From assembly GCA_965219955.1 (NCBI GenBank), contig OZ244799.1, positions 3,968,001 through 4,032,000 on the forward strand: 64,000 nt of DNA, read 5' to 3'. This document shows, piece after piece, positions 9,298-18,022 of the stretch. The stretch comes from a bacterium (lineage in GTDB: Bacteria > UBA8248). The notes beneath the pieces are model-generated. The model did no database searches. It saw nothing but the letters and a program-made list of their open reading frames with translations, and was not told where the DNA came from. A program made the position numbers and the translations under genes. Positions within the stretch are counted from its first letter, which is position 1. Every line of letters starts with the position of its first letter.

Positions 9298-10957
9298 GAA
9301 GCTCCTGAGCGAGATCGGGGATTGGGAGCGCAACGAGGTCGCCGCCTTCCTGAACAAACAAGCCGAGCGCAAGGAGCAGTTCTTCACCACCGGCGATATT
9401 CCGGTGCAGCGCGTCTATACGGCTGCTGATGTCGCGGAAACGCCGCTCGAGGATATCGGTCTGCCGGGGCGCTATCCCTTCACGCGCGGGCCCTACCCGA
9501 CGATGTACCGCAGCCGGGTGTGGACCATGCGCCAGATCGCCGGTTTCGGCACCGGCGAAGACACCAACAAACGCTTCAAATACCTGATCTCGCAGGGGCA
9601 GACGGGACTCTCGACCGACTTCGACATGCCCACGCTCATGGGCTACGACTCCGACCACCCGATGAGCGATGGCGAGGTGGGCCGCGAAGGCGTGGCCGTG
9701 GATACGCTCGCCGACATGGAGGCGCTCTACGACGGCATCGATCTCGAGAACATCTCCGTGTCGATGACCATCAACCCCAGCGCCTGGATCCTGCTCGCCA
9801 TGTACGTGGCGCTGGCCGAGAAGCGCGGCCTCGACCTGAACAGGCTCTCGGGCACCATCCAGGCGGACATACTCAAGGAGTACATGGCGCAGAAGGAGTT
9901 CATCTATCCCATCGCGCCTTCGGTCCGCATCGTGCGCGACTGCATTTCCTTCTGCGGCCGCAACATGAAGCGCTACAACCCGATCAACATCTCGGGTTAC
10001 CACATCTCCGAAGCCGGCTCCTCGCCCTTGCAGGAGGCCGCCTTCACCATGTGCAACCTGATCGTCTACGTGGAGGAGGTGCTGAAAACCGGCATGAGCG
10101 TCGACGAGTTCGCACCGAGGCTTGGTTTCTTCTACGTCTCGCAGGCGGACCTGTTCGAGGAGATCGCCAAGTTCCGGGCGCTGCGCCGCTGTTACGCCAG
10201 GATCATGAAGGAGCGCTTCGGCGCAAAGAACCCCGAATCGATGCGGCTCCGCTTCCATTGCCAGACCGCGGCCGCGACCCTGACCAAACCCCAATTCCGG
10301 ATCAACATCGTGCGCACCGCGTTCCAGGCCCTCGCCGCGGTCCTCGGCGGCTGCCAGTCGCTGCACACGAACGGCTACGACGAGGCGTTCGCGATTCCGA
10401 CCGAGGACGCCATGCGGCTGGCCCTGCGCACGCAGCAGGTCATCGCGGAGGAAACGAACGTCGCCAACGTCATCGATCCGCTGGGCGGTTCCTACTACCT
10501 CGAGAGCCTGACCAACGAGTACGAGACGCGCATTTTCGAGATTCTCGACTATGTGGACGAAAACGGCGGCGCGATCAAATTGATCGAGGAGGGCTGGTTC
10601 CAGAAGCAGATCGCCGATTTCGCCTACGAGACCGCCCTGCGCAAGCAATCCGGTGAAAAGCCGGTCATCGGGGTCAACACCCTGGTCGAGGAGGACGAAA
10701 ACCAGGAGATCGAGACCCATCCCTATGATTCCTCGACCGCCGACCGGCAGATCGCGCGGACGAAAAGAGTGCGCGCCGAACGCGACGACGCCAGGGTCGG
10801 GACCCTTCTGGAGGAGCTCGTTTCGGTCGCAAAGGACGAGACGCGGAACATCATGCCCGTCACGGTCGAACTCGTGCGCGAGGGCGCGACGATGGGCGAT
10901 ATCGTCGAGAAGCTGAAGTCGGTCTGGGGCACCTACCGGGAAACGCCGGTTTTCTGA
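9266..10957 (+). CDS. hcmA: Acyl-CoA mutase large subunit, 2-hydroxyisobutyryl-CoA mutase type
   Basis: MCM-family fold (RGPYPTMY, GYDSD, SGYHISEAG); RQIAGFG with Ile91 and GLSTD with Asp118. Confidence 0.85.
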   Translation: MNETFTQNPLEKLLSEIGDWERNEVAAFLNKQAERKEQFFTTGDIPVQRVYTAADVAETPLEDIGLPGRYPFTRGPYPTMYRSRVWTMRQIAGFGTGEDTNKRFKYLISQGQTGLSTDFDMPTLMGYDSDHPMSDGEVGREGVAVDTLADMEALYDGIDLENISVSMTINPSAWILLAMYVALAEKRGLDLNRLSGTIQADILKEYMAQKEFIYPIAPSVRIVRDCISFCGRNMKRYNPINISGYHISEAGSSPLQEAAFTMCNLIVYVEEVLKTGMSVDEFAPRLGFFYVSQADLFEEIAKFRALRRCYARIMKERFGAKNPESMRLRFHCQTAAATLTKPQFRINIVRTAFQALAAVLGGCQSLHTNGYDEAFAIPTEDAMRLALRTQQVIAEETNVANVIDPLGGSYYLESLTNEYETRIFEILDYVDENGGAIKLIEEGWFQKQIADFAYETALRKQSGEKPVIGVNTLVEEDENQEIETHPYDSSTADRQIARTKRVRAERDDARVGTLLEELVSVAKDETRNIMPVTVELVREGATMGDIVEKLKSVWGTYRETPVF

Positions 10958-10972
10958 TTCAAACGACGGCCC
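10891..10972 (+). repeat. Direct repeat copy 1 (3' end of hcmA)
   Basis: 82 nt matching 12245-12326 with 12 mismatches by manual alignment; 27-bp exact core CCGGGAAACGCCGGTTTTCTGATTCAA. Confidence 0.85.
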
Positions 10973-11049
10973 GGGAGAGCGTCCGGCGGCGCAGCCGGAC
11001 GCCTCGCGACCGATTCTTCATGCATCCCTTATTCCGAGGAAGATGGAAA

Positions 11050-12243
11050 ATGAAAGTGACTCGAAGCTTCATGGCAATCGCGTTCCTGGGGGCGGCGACC
11101 CTCCTCACCGGTTCGGCCCTGGCGTCAGGTGAAATCACCATCGGCGGGTCCATCTCCCATACGGGCCGTTACGCGGAGCCGGCAGGCCGGTTCGTCAACG
11201 CCTATCGTCTGTTCGTCGATCGGCAAAACGCCAGGGGCGGCCTGCTGGGCAGGAAGGTGAAGTTGGTGCTCCTGGACGATAAATCGGACAAGCAGACCAG
11301 CATCAAGCTCTACGAGAGGCTCATCACGCAGGAGAAGATCGATTTCACGCTCGGCCCCTACTCCAGCGGCATCACCGACGCGGTGGCCAACCTCTTTGAA
11401 AGGCACGAATACCCCACGCTGGCGCCGGGCGCTTCCTCCAGAGGGCTGTGGGAGAAGGGCAGAAAATACCTGTTCAACCAAAACGCCGTAGCCCAGAAAA
11501 ACCACAAGGGCGCGCTGCACCTCGCCAGGGAGGTCGGGGTGAAGCGGATCGCCATCATCGGCGAGGACAGCCTCTTTCCCCGGCAGTCGGCGGAGGGCGC
11601 CGTGGAGTGGGCGAAGAAACTCGGCCTCAAAGTGGTGCTGAACGAGAACTATCCGCGCAGGCAGACCGACTTCACAGCGCTGCTGCAGAAAATCAAGGCG
11701 CGCCGCGCGGAGGCGCTTTTCTCGAACAGCTATTTCGCGGACGCCGCCGCGCAGATTCGCCAGCTCAGGGAACTCAACATCAACCTCAAGATTTTCGCCG
11801 GAACCATCGGCCCCGGTCTCCCTAAATTCGCCGAGCAACTCGGCGCCACGGCGGAGTACGTTCTGGGCTTCAGCCAGTGGGAGCCGCAACCCGACGCCCT
11901 GAAGTTTCCGGGCATGAGAGAACTCATCGACTCCTACGAGAAGCGCCACGGGGTGAAGCCGAGCGATCATGTCGCCATGGCTTACGGAGCGATAGAGGTG
12001 GTGAGTCAGGCGATTCTGAAAGCAGGTTCCCATGATCGCCGAAAAGTCTGGAAGACGCTGCGCGCCTCGGCGTTCCAGACCGTGATGGGAAGATGGAAGG
12101 TGGATGAGAACAACCTCAACGAGCGGGACGGCCTGACGTTCCAGATTCTCGACGGCAGGCGCAGAATCGTCTGGCCGAAAGAACTCGCGGAAGTTCTCTA
12201 CAAGCTGCCGATGCCCGGATGGAAGGAAAGAAACAAACGCTGA
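11050..12243 (+). CDS. Orphan branched-chain amino acid-type ABC substrate-binding protein
   Basis: Signal peptide, ITIGGSISHTGRYA, GGLLGRKV, LGPYSSG, TDFTALL; no permease adjacent. Confidence 0.88.
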   Translation: MKVTRSFMAIAFLGAATLLTGSALASGEITIGGSISHTGRYAEPAGRFVNAYRLFVDRQNARGGLLGRKVKLVLLDDKSDKQTSIKLYERLITQEKIDFTLGPYSSGITDAVANLFERHEYPTLAPGASSRGLWEKGRKYLFNQNAVAQKNHKGALHLAREVGVKRIAIIGEDSLFPRQSAEGAVEWAKKLGLKVVLNENYPRRQTDFTALLQKIKARRAEALFSNSYFADAAAQIRQLRELNINLKIFAGTIGPGLPKFAEQLGATAEYVLGFSQWEPQPDALKFPGMRELIDSYEKRHGVKPSDHVAMAYGAIEVVSQAILKAGSHDRRKVWKTLRASAFQTVMGRWKVDENNLNERDGLTFQILDGRRRIVWPKELAEVLYKLPMPGWKERNKR

Positions 12244-12244
12244 T

Positions 12245-12326
12245 GACGGGAGATATGGTCGAGAAACAGAAGTCGGTCCGGAGCGCCTGCCGGGAAACGC
12301 CGGTTTTCTGATTCAAGCGATAGCCC
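12245..12326 (+). repeat. Direct repeat copy 2 (degenerate copy of hcmA 3' end)
   Basis: Starts right after the SBP stop codon; same alignment as copy 1. Confidence 0.85.
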
Positions 12327-12572
12327 CGCTGTAATGACCGGACGGGGCCGACCCGTGCGCCGTCGCCCAGCCTGATGCGGCGTTGCAGACGCCATTGCAT
12401 CTTCTCCGCTCACGGCGAGACCCGGCCGGAAAAATCATTTCATCCTTAGGGCCCGGCTGCCCGGCTTCGGGCGCTTTGCTACAATACGCCTCTCATTTTT
12501 GAAGTCACCCTCGTTCCGGGCGCCGCCGTTCGCCGGCGCGGCCTGCGGCGGGTCTTCTTGAGGAGACATGTC

Positions 12573-14198
12573 ATGCCCGAGTTGTCCGCCAATTTCGCGC
12601 CCTTGAGCCCGCTCAACTTCATGGAGCGCAACCACTGGGTCTACAAAGACAAGGAAGCCGTCGTCTACGGGAGCCGCCGCTACACCTACGCGCAGTTCGC
12701 CGATCGCGTCCAGCGCTGCGCGGCCGCCTTGAAGGCGGCGGGGGTCGGGGAGGGGGATCGGGTCGCCTACGTCGTCCCCAACGTGCCGGCCATGCTCGAG
12801 GCCCACTTCGCGGTTCCCCTGCTGGGCGCGCTCCTGGTGGCGATCAACATCCGCCTCTCCCCGGAGGAGATCGCCTACATCTGCGAGCACTCGGGCGCCA
12901 AGGCGCTCGTCGCCGACTGCGAATGGGCGAAGCCCCTCGCCGATCAGCGGAGCAAACTCCCGGGGGTCCGGACCTTCGTGAACGTGGTGGATGACGCCGC
13001 GGGCTTCGGTCCTTCCGACGCCGTTTTCGACGGGCCGGAGTACGAGGCGTTCATCGCCTCGGCGCAGAACGAGAACCTTCCCTGGAAGGTCGGCGAGGAG
13101 GGCGCGCCCCTCTCGATCAACTACACCAGCGGGACCACGGGCCGCCCCAAGGGCGTGATGTACACCCACCGGGGCGCCTATCTGAACGCCCTGGGCGAGA
13201 TCACCGAGGTGGGCGGCTCGGTCTACATGAACTACCTCTGGACCCTCCCGATGTTCCACTGCAACGGCTGGTGCTACACCTGGGGCGTGACGGCGGTTGG
13301 CGGACGACACGTCTGCCTGCGCGCCGTCCAGCCGGCCGAGATATTCCGCCTCATCCGCGAGGAGCGGGTCTCCCACTTCTGCGCCGCCCCCACCGTGCTT
13401 ATCGCCCTCGCGAACGACCCCGCCGCCCGGGAGGGCCCCTTCCCCCAGCCCGTCACCATCATGACCGCGGGCGCGCCGCCCTCCCCCACCATCATCGCCA
13501 CCATGGAGGAGGACCTCGGTGCTCGGGTCGTCCACGCCTACGGGCTCACCGAAACCTACGGCCCCCACACCGTCTGCGCATGGCATCCGGAATGGGACGA
13601 TCTCCCCGCCGCGGAGCGCGCGCGTCTCAAGGCGCGCCAGGGGGTCCCCTTCGTCATGACGGGGGAATGCGAGGTCCGGGACCCGGAGATGCGCGCGGTT
13701 CCCTGGGACGGAAAGACCCAGGGCGAGGTCATGATGCGCGGAAACAACGTCATGGCCGGCTATTACGACAACCCCGCCGCCACCGAGGAGGCCTTTCGGG
13801 GCGGCTGGTTCCACAGCGGAGACATCGCCGTCGCGCACGAGGACGGCTATATCGACCTCCAGGACCGCGCCAAGGACATCATCATCTCGGGTGGGGAGAA
13901 CATCTCCACCATCGAGGTCGAGAAAGCCATCGCCTCTCACCCGGCGATTCTCGAGGTCGCCGTCGTCGCTGCGCCCGATGAGAAATGGGGCGAGGTGCCC
14001 AAGGCATTCGCCGTCAAGAAGGAGGGGATGGAGGTGAGCGAGGAGGAGATCATCGAACACGTGAAGGGCCGCCTCGCCCGCTTCAAGGCGCCAAAGCGCG
14101 TGGAGTTCGGCCCGCTCCCCAAGACCGCCACGGGCAAGATCCAGAAGTTCGTCCTCCGCGACAAGGAATGGGCCGGCCGCGAGAAGCGGGTGAACTAG
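12573..14198 (+). CDS. AMP-dependent acyl-CoA synthetase
   Basis: YTSGTTGRPKG, YGLTE, GWFHSGD, DRAKDIIISGGENIS, PKTATGK motifs; AGGAG RBS before ATG 12573. Confidence 0.92.
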   Translation: MPELSANFAPLSPLNFMERNHWVYKDKEAVVYGSRRYTYAQFADRVQRCAAALKAAGVGEGDRVAYVVPNVPAMLEAHFAVPLLGALLVAINIRLSPEEIAYICEHSGAKALVADCEWAKPLADQRSKLPGVRTFVNVVDDAAGFGPSDAVFDGPEYEAFIASAQNENLPWKVGEEGAPLSINYTSGTTGRPKGVMYTHRGAYLNALGEITEVGGSVYMNYLWTLPMFHCNGWCYTWGVTAVGGRHVCLRAVQPAEIFRLIREERVSHFCAAPTVLIALANDPAAREGPFPQPVTIMTAGAPPSPTIIATMEEDLGARVVHAYGLTETYGPHTVCAWHPEWDDLPAAERARLKARQGVPFVMTGECEVRDPEMRAVPWDGKTQGEVMMRGNNVMAGYYDNPAATEEAFRGGWFHSGDIAVAHEDGYIDLQDRAKDIIISGGENISTIEVEKAIASHPAILEVAVVAAPDEKWGEVPKAFAVKKEGMEVSEEEIIEHVKGRLARFKAPKRVEFGPLPKTATGKIQKFVLRDKEWAGREKRVN

Positions 14199-14240
14199 GG
14201 GCCGCGGCCGCCTTCATCCTGACGGCGAGCCCGGCTGCGT

Positions 14241-15473
14241 TCAGCCCTCCTCCAGCGCGAGACGGGGGAGCGGCTTCTCGTCGATGGCCAGGTGGAGGAT
14301 GGCCGTGGACACCCCTAAGAACACGGCGGCCCACCACATCAGATCGTACGAGCCGGTGCGATCGTAGAGCATCCCGCCCATCCATATGCCGACGAAGCTT
14401 CCGATCTGATGGCCCAGGAACACGATGCCGAAGAGGGTCGCCATGAATTTCAACCCGAAGATCTGCGCGACGATGCCGGTGGTCAGCGGGACCGTCGAGA
14501 GCCACAGCAGCCCCATCGCCGCCGCGAACAGATAGATCGTCAGGGCGCTCGACGGAGCCATCAGGAGCGCGACGATGACCAGCGCCCGGCCCAGGTAGAT
14601 GACGGAAAGACTCATCTTCTTGCTGAACCGCTGGCCGATGGCGCCCGACATGAACGCGCCGAAGATGTTGAGCAGCCCGACGATCGAGAGCGAATAGGCG
14701 CCTACATGCGGCGGGAGGCCGAGATCGGTGACGTAGGCGGGGAAGTGCACGACGATGAACGAGACGTGGAACCCGCACACGAAGAAACCGATGGTGAGGA
14801 GCACGTAGCCGCGGTGGCTCATCGCTTCGTCGAGCGCCTCTCTGAGGGTCTGGCCCGATTCCGGCTCGCCGACTGCCTTGCCTGCGCCCCACAGCGTGAA
14901 CGCGAGCGGAATCATGGCCAGCGTGATGAGAGAGATCAGCAGGAGCGAGTCGTACCAGCCGTATCTCGATATCAGGGTCTGGGTGAGCGGTGAGAAGATC
15001 ACCTGGCCGAGCGAGCCGGCCGCGGTTCCGAAGCCGAGGGCGAGCGAGCGGCGCTCCGGCCCCACGACCCGCGCGATGGCGGCGAGCACGAGCGAGAACG
15101 AGGTGAACGCGACCCCGAGGCCGACGAGGAGGCCGCCGCTCAGATGGAGTGCGAGTCCGCTCTCCGAGGCCGCCATGCCTGCAATGCCCATGGCGTAGGC
15201 GACGGCGCCCGAGGCGAGCACCAGCGCCGGTCCGTACCGGTCCACGATGGCCCCGGCGACCGGGACGCCGACGCCCCACAATAGATTCTGGATCGCCATC
15301 GCGAACGCGAAGGTCTGGCGCGACCACCCGTTCGAAACCGTCATCGGCTCGAGATAGAGCCCGAAGCTCCCGCGGACCCCGAATCCGATGAGCGATATCA
15401 GGCAACCGGCCACGATTATCGCGAGCACGGCGCCGCGACCGGGATGGATTTCGGTGGTGGAAACGCGGCTCAT
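14241..15473 (-). CDS. MFS transporter
   Basis: About 12 hydrophobic segments, GAIVDRYG loop motif, GFFVCGFH. Confidence 0.9.
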   Translation of the reverse strand: MSRVSTTEIHPGRGAVLAIIVAGCLISLIGFGVRGSFGLYLEPMTVSNGWSRQTFAFAMAIQNLLWGVGVPVAGAIVDRYGPALVLASGAVAYAMGIAGMAASESGLALHLSGGLLVGLGVAFTSFSLVLAAIARVVGPERRSLALGFGTAAGSLGQVIFSPLTQTLISRYGWYDSLLLISLITLAMIPLAFTLWGAGKAVGEPESGQTLREALDEAMSHRGYVLLTIGFFVCGFHVSFIVVHFPAYVTDLGLPPHVGAYSLSIVGLLNIFGAFMSGAIGQRFSKKMSLSVIYLGRALVIVALLMAPSSALTIYLFAAAMGLLWLSTVPLTTGIVAQIFGLKFMATLFGIVFLGHQIGSFVGIWMGGMLYDRTGSYDLMWWAAVFLGVSTAILHLAIDEKPLPRLALEEG

Positions 15474-15806
15474 GGGGATTCGATCTCCATCTCAAGCAAT
15501 GGTCGAAGCATGGCGCTGCGGCCTGACGGTCTCTCCCGCGCATATACGAAGTGCGCAATGTAACACGCCTGGTGTCGATATCGAATCCGGATCCGGACCA
15601 TCCGTCTCGCGGAGCGACTCCGCCTTCAGGCGGGAAGGTGCGCTTCCCCGTCAATTGCATCACTTTGCGGCCTGCTCCGTTGCACGGGTAATTATCTATT
15701 TGAGGCTGTGAGGGAATTTCCTGCTTCGTACCGGGGGCAGGGTGCTTGTTTCCGTCAATTCATTTGCCGCCGCGCAGCGGGCGGAACCGGATGTTTCAGG
15801 CGGGAT

Positions 15807-16385
15807 TCAGCAGCCGTACACCCGGATGGCGGAGGGCTGCGTCGGGCAGAAATACTCGCATACGCCGCACCCGATACACCCTTTCTCGACCACGGGGCCG
15901 CGGACGCCTCCTGCGCGCTCGAGGCGGATGGCTCCTGAACCGAGCGGGCAGCGGTCCACGCAATAATCGCAGCCCGGATCCGTCCCGCTCCACGCGAGGC
16001 AGCGGTCGGGGCTCACCTGCGCGAGTCCGATCCGTATCTCCTCTCGGGACACCAGGGAGAGAGCGCCGCTCGGGCAGGCCTTCATGCAGGCCAAGTCCTC
16101 ACAGACGATGCAGGCGGCCTCCTGGGGGACGATGACCGGATGGAGGGTTCCAGAATCGTCCGCTCCGGGGACCAGCCGGATGGCATCGGCCGGGCAGACC
16201 TCCGCGCACGCGCCGACGCCGCAGCAAAGCTCCAGGAATTCCTCCTCGGGCGCTGCGCCCGGCGGACGGAGCGGGGGCCGGGTCGGCTCTGCGCTATCGT
16301 CCGAAGACGCGGAGAGGACCGCCTGGATAAAGGCGAAAGGTCCCTTCTGGAGGAAAGCCCTTCGGTCGAATTCAATCGGCTTCAT
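15807..16385 (-). CDS. Ferredoxin-type protein (NapF/NapG-like)
   Basis: LRPPGA motif and multiple Cys clusters (CIGCGVCEYFCP). Confidence 0.8.
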   Translation of the reverse strand: MKPIEFDRRAFLQKGPFAFIQAVLSASSDDSAEPTRPPLRPPGAAPEEEFLELCCGVGACAEVCPADAIRLVPGADDSGTLHPVIVPQEAACIVCEDLACMKACPSGALSLVSREEIRIGLAQVSPDRCLAWSGTDPGCDYCVDRCPLGSGAIRLERAGGVRGPVVEKGCIGCGVCEYFCPTQPSAIRVYGC

Positions 16386-16394
16386 CGCAAATCC

Positions 16395-17075
16395 TCAGAC
16401 CAGCCGGCGGGCCGGGCGTCCCTTCGTCCCGAAGGGGAGCACGTGAATCGCTTTCGTGGGAACGGGGCAGACCTCCTCGCAAAGTCCGCAGCCGACGCAG
16501 TATTTTTCGACGACTTCGGGCTTCAGCATGGCCTTTTGAATGATGGCCTCGCCCTTGAAGGGGCACACCGTGAAGCAGGCTTCGCACCGCCCGCGGTGGA
16601 TGTGCGGCAGGCATGCCCGCTTGTCGAGCACGGCCACCCCCATGCGAACCTGCGCCGCCTCGTCCTCCTCCATGGGACGGATGGCGTCGGTCGGGCACAC
16701 CTGTGTGCAGCGCATACACAGGATGCAGGCCTGTGCGCTGGGCACGACGAGGGGCGTCACCGAGGCGAGTCCTGCGCCCTTGACGAAGCGGATCGCCTTG
16801 ACCGGGCAGACCTCCCCGCAGAGATAACAGCCCGTGCACCGCTTCCGGAACAGGGACTCTTCCACCGCGCCCGGAGGGCGGAGGGGGCCGCTCACGTAGG
16901 TCGAGAAGGGGAAATCCTCCGCCAGCCGCTCGCGCAGGGGGCGGTGTACGAATGGCCGCAGGAGCCAACCCATCCCGGCGGCGGCGAGGGTCATCGCCAG
17001 CCAGCCGCCTGCGCGTCTCAGGAAGGCCCGGCGCCGGATTCGCTCTTTTCCGGGAAGAGTCTCGAGATGCCTCAT
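16395..17075 (-). CDS. Ferredoxin-type protein (NapG/MauM-like)
   Basis: RRRAFL Tat-like N-terminus, LRPPGA, four 4Fe-4S motifs. Confidence 0.82.
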   Translation of the reverse strand: MRHLETLPGKERIRRRAFLRRAGGWLAMTLAAAGMGWLLRPFVHRPLRERLAEDFPFSTYVSGPLRPPGAVEESLFRKRCTGCYLCGEVCPVKAIRFVKGAGLASVTPLVVPSAQACILCMRCTQVCPTDAIRPMEEDEAAQVRMGVAVLDKRACLPHIHRGRCEACFTVCPFKGEAIIQKAMLKPEVVEKYCVGCGLCEEVCPVPTKAIHVLPFGTKGRPARRLV

Positions 17076-18022
17076 GCCTCTTCCTCCAGCTTTTCCAGGA
17101 CCAGCGGCGTCCGAACGACGAGGGAGAGCGCATCCGCCGGACAGACCCGCTCACACTCCATGCAGGAGGTGCACTCGATCCCGGTCGTATCGGTCATGGG
17201 CGAAAGGCCGAAGGCGCACGCCTGGTTGCAGTCCCCGCAGCCGTCGCAGAGCGAGGGCTTGCGCTCGATGCGGACGACGCGCAGCGGGCTGAGCGCGGAA
17301 TAGAGCGCACCGCCCGGACACAGGTAGCGGCACCAGATCCGCCGGGAGAGGAAAATCTCCACCAGGACGACCGCCAGAAGGAACAACGCCCCTCCGCCCA
17401 GTCCCCCGAAGAAGATGAGCATGTACATCTGCCTGCCGAGAACGGCGGGCGGATAGATGAGCGGGAATATCTGCGCGCCGAGAGCCGCGGTCGCCACGGT
17501 CCCGAGTCCCAGGACGGCGTATTTCGTCCGGCGGTGCAGCCGGAAGTCGCGAAGGGGAACGCCCAGGCGCTTCAGCCATAGCCGGAGGCTGTCCGCCATT
17601 TCCAGAATAAAGTGAACCGGGCAGAGCCACCCGCAGAACACGCGCCCCATGGCCAGCGTGAGGACAAGGAGCGGCAGCGCCGCGAGCAGCACCATGCCGT
17701 ACGCGCCGCCGCCCGCCGCCAGCGCCCCCAGGGCGTTCAACGGCTCCACGAACTTCCACTCGCCGACGCGAAGGGCCCAGGGCGTCCCGGCGAGGGTTTC
17801 AGACAGCGGCCGGGCGTTTCGGGACCTCTCGCCGATGATAGCCGCCTGGGTCCGGACGAGAAAGGCTTGCAGGGGACTCATCTCCGCTATCCGGCGCGCG
17901 GCCAGGCTGTCGCCGTATCTGGCCTGAACGTGTTCTACGACGTCAAAGAGCGCCATGGACGGCGTCGCCAGCACCAGGAGAAAGACGAGGGTCTGGGTCG
18001 TCTTACGCGCCGGATGCCACAT
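17072..18022 (-). CDS. NapH/MauN-like membrane ferredoxin (quinol dehydrogenase component)
   Basis: GRVFCGWLCP, WCRYLCPGG, two C-terminal 4Fe-4S motifs; start placed at MWHPARK. Confidence 0.82.
   Translation of the reverse strand: MWHPARKTTQTLVFLLVLATPSMALFDVVEHVQARYGDSLAARRIAEMSPLQAFLVRTQAAIIGERSRNARPLSETLAGTPWALRVGEWKFVEPLNALGALAAGGGAYGMVLLAALPLLVLTLAMGRVFCGWLCPVHFILEMADSLRLWLKRLGVPLRDFRLHRRTKYAVLGLGTVATAALGAQIFPLIYPPAVLGRQMYMLIFFGGLGGGALFLLAVVLVEIFLSRRIWCRYLCPGGALYSALSPLRVVRIERKPSLCDGCGDCNQACAFGLSPMTDTTGIECTSCMECERVCPADALSLVVRTPLVLEKLEEEA

Noticed and set aside
9266-10957. Methylmalonyl-CoA mutase or isobutyryl-CoA mutase call
   Set aside because: The specificity residue is Ile, not Tyr or Phe, and a CoA ligase is in the operon
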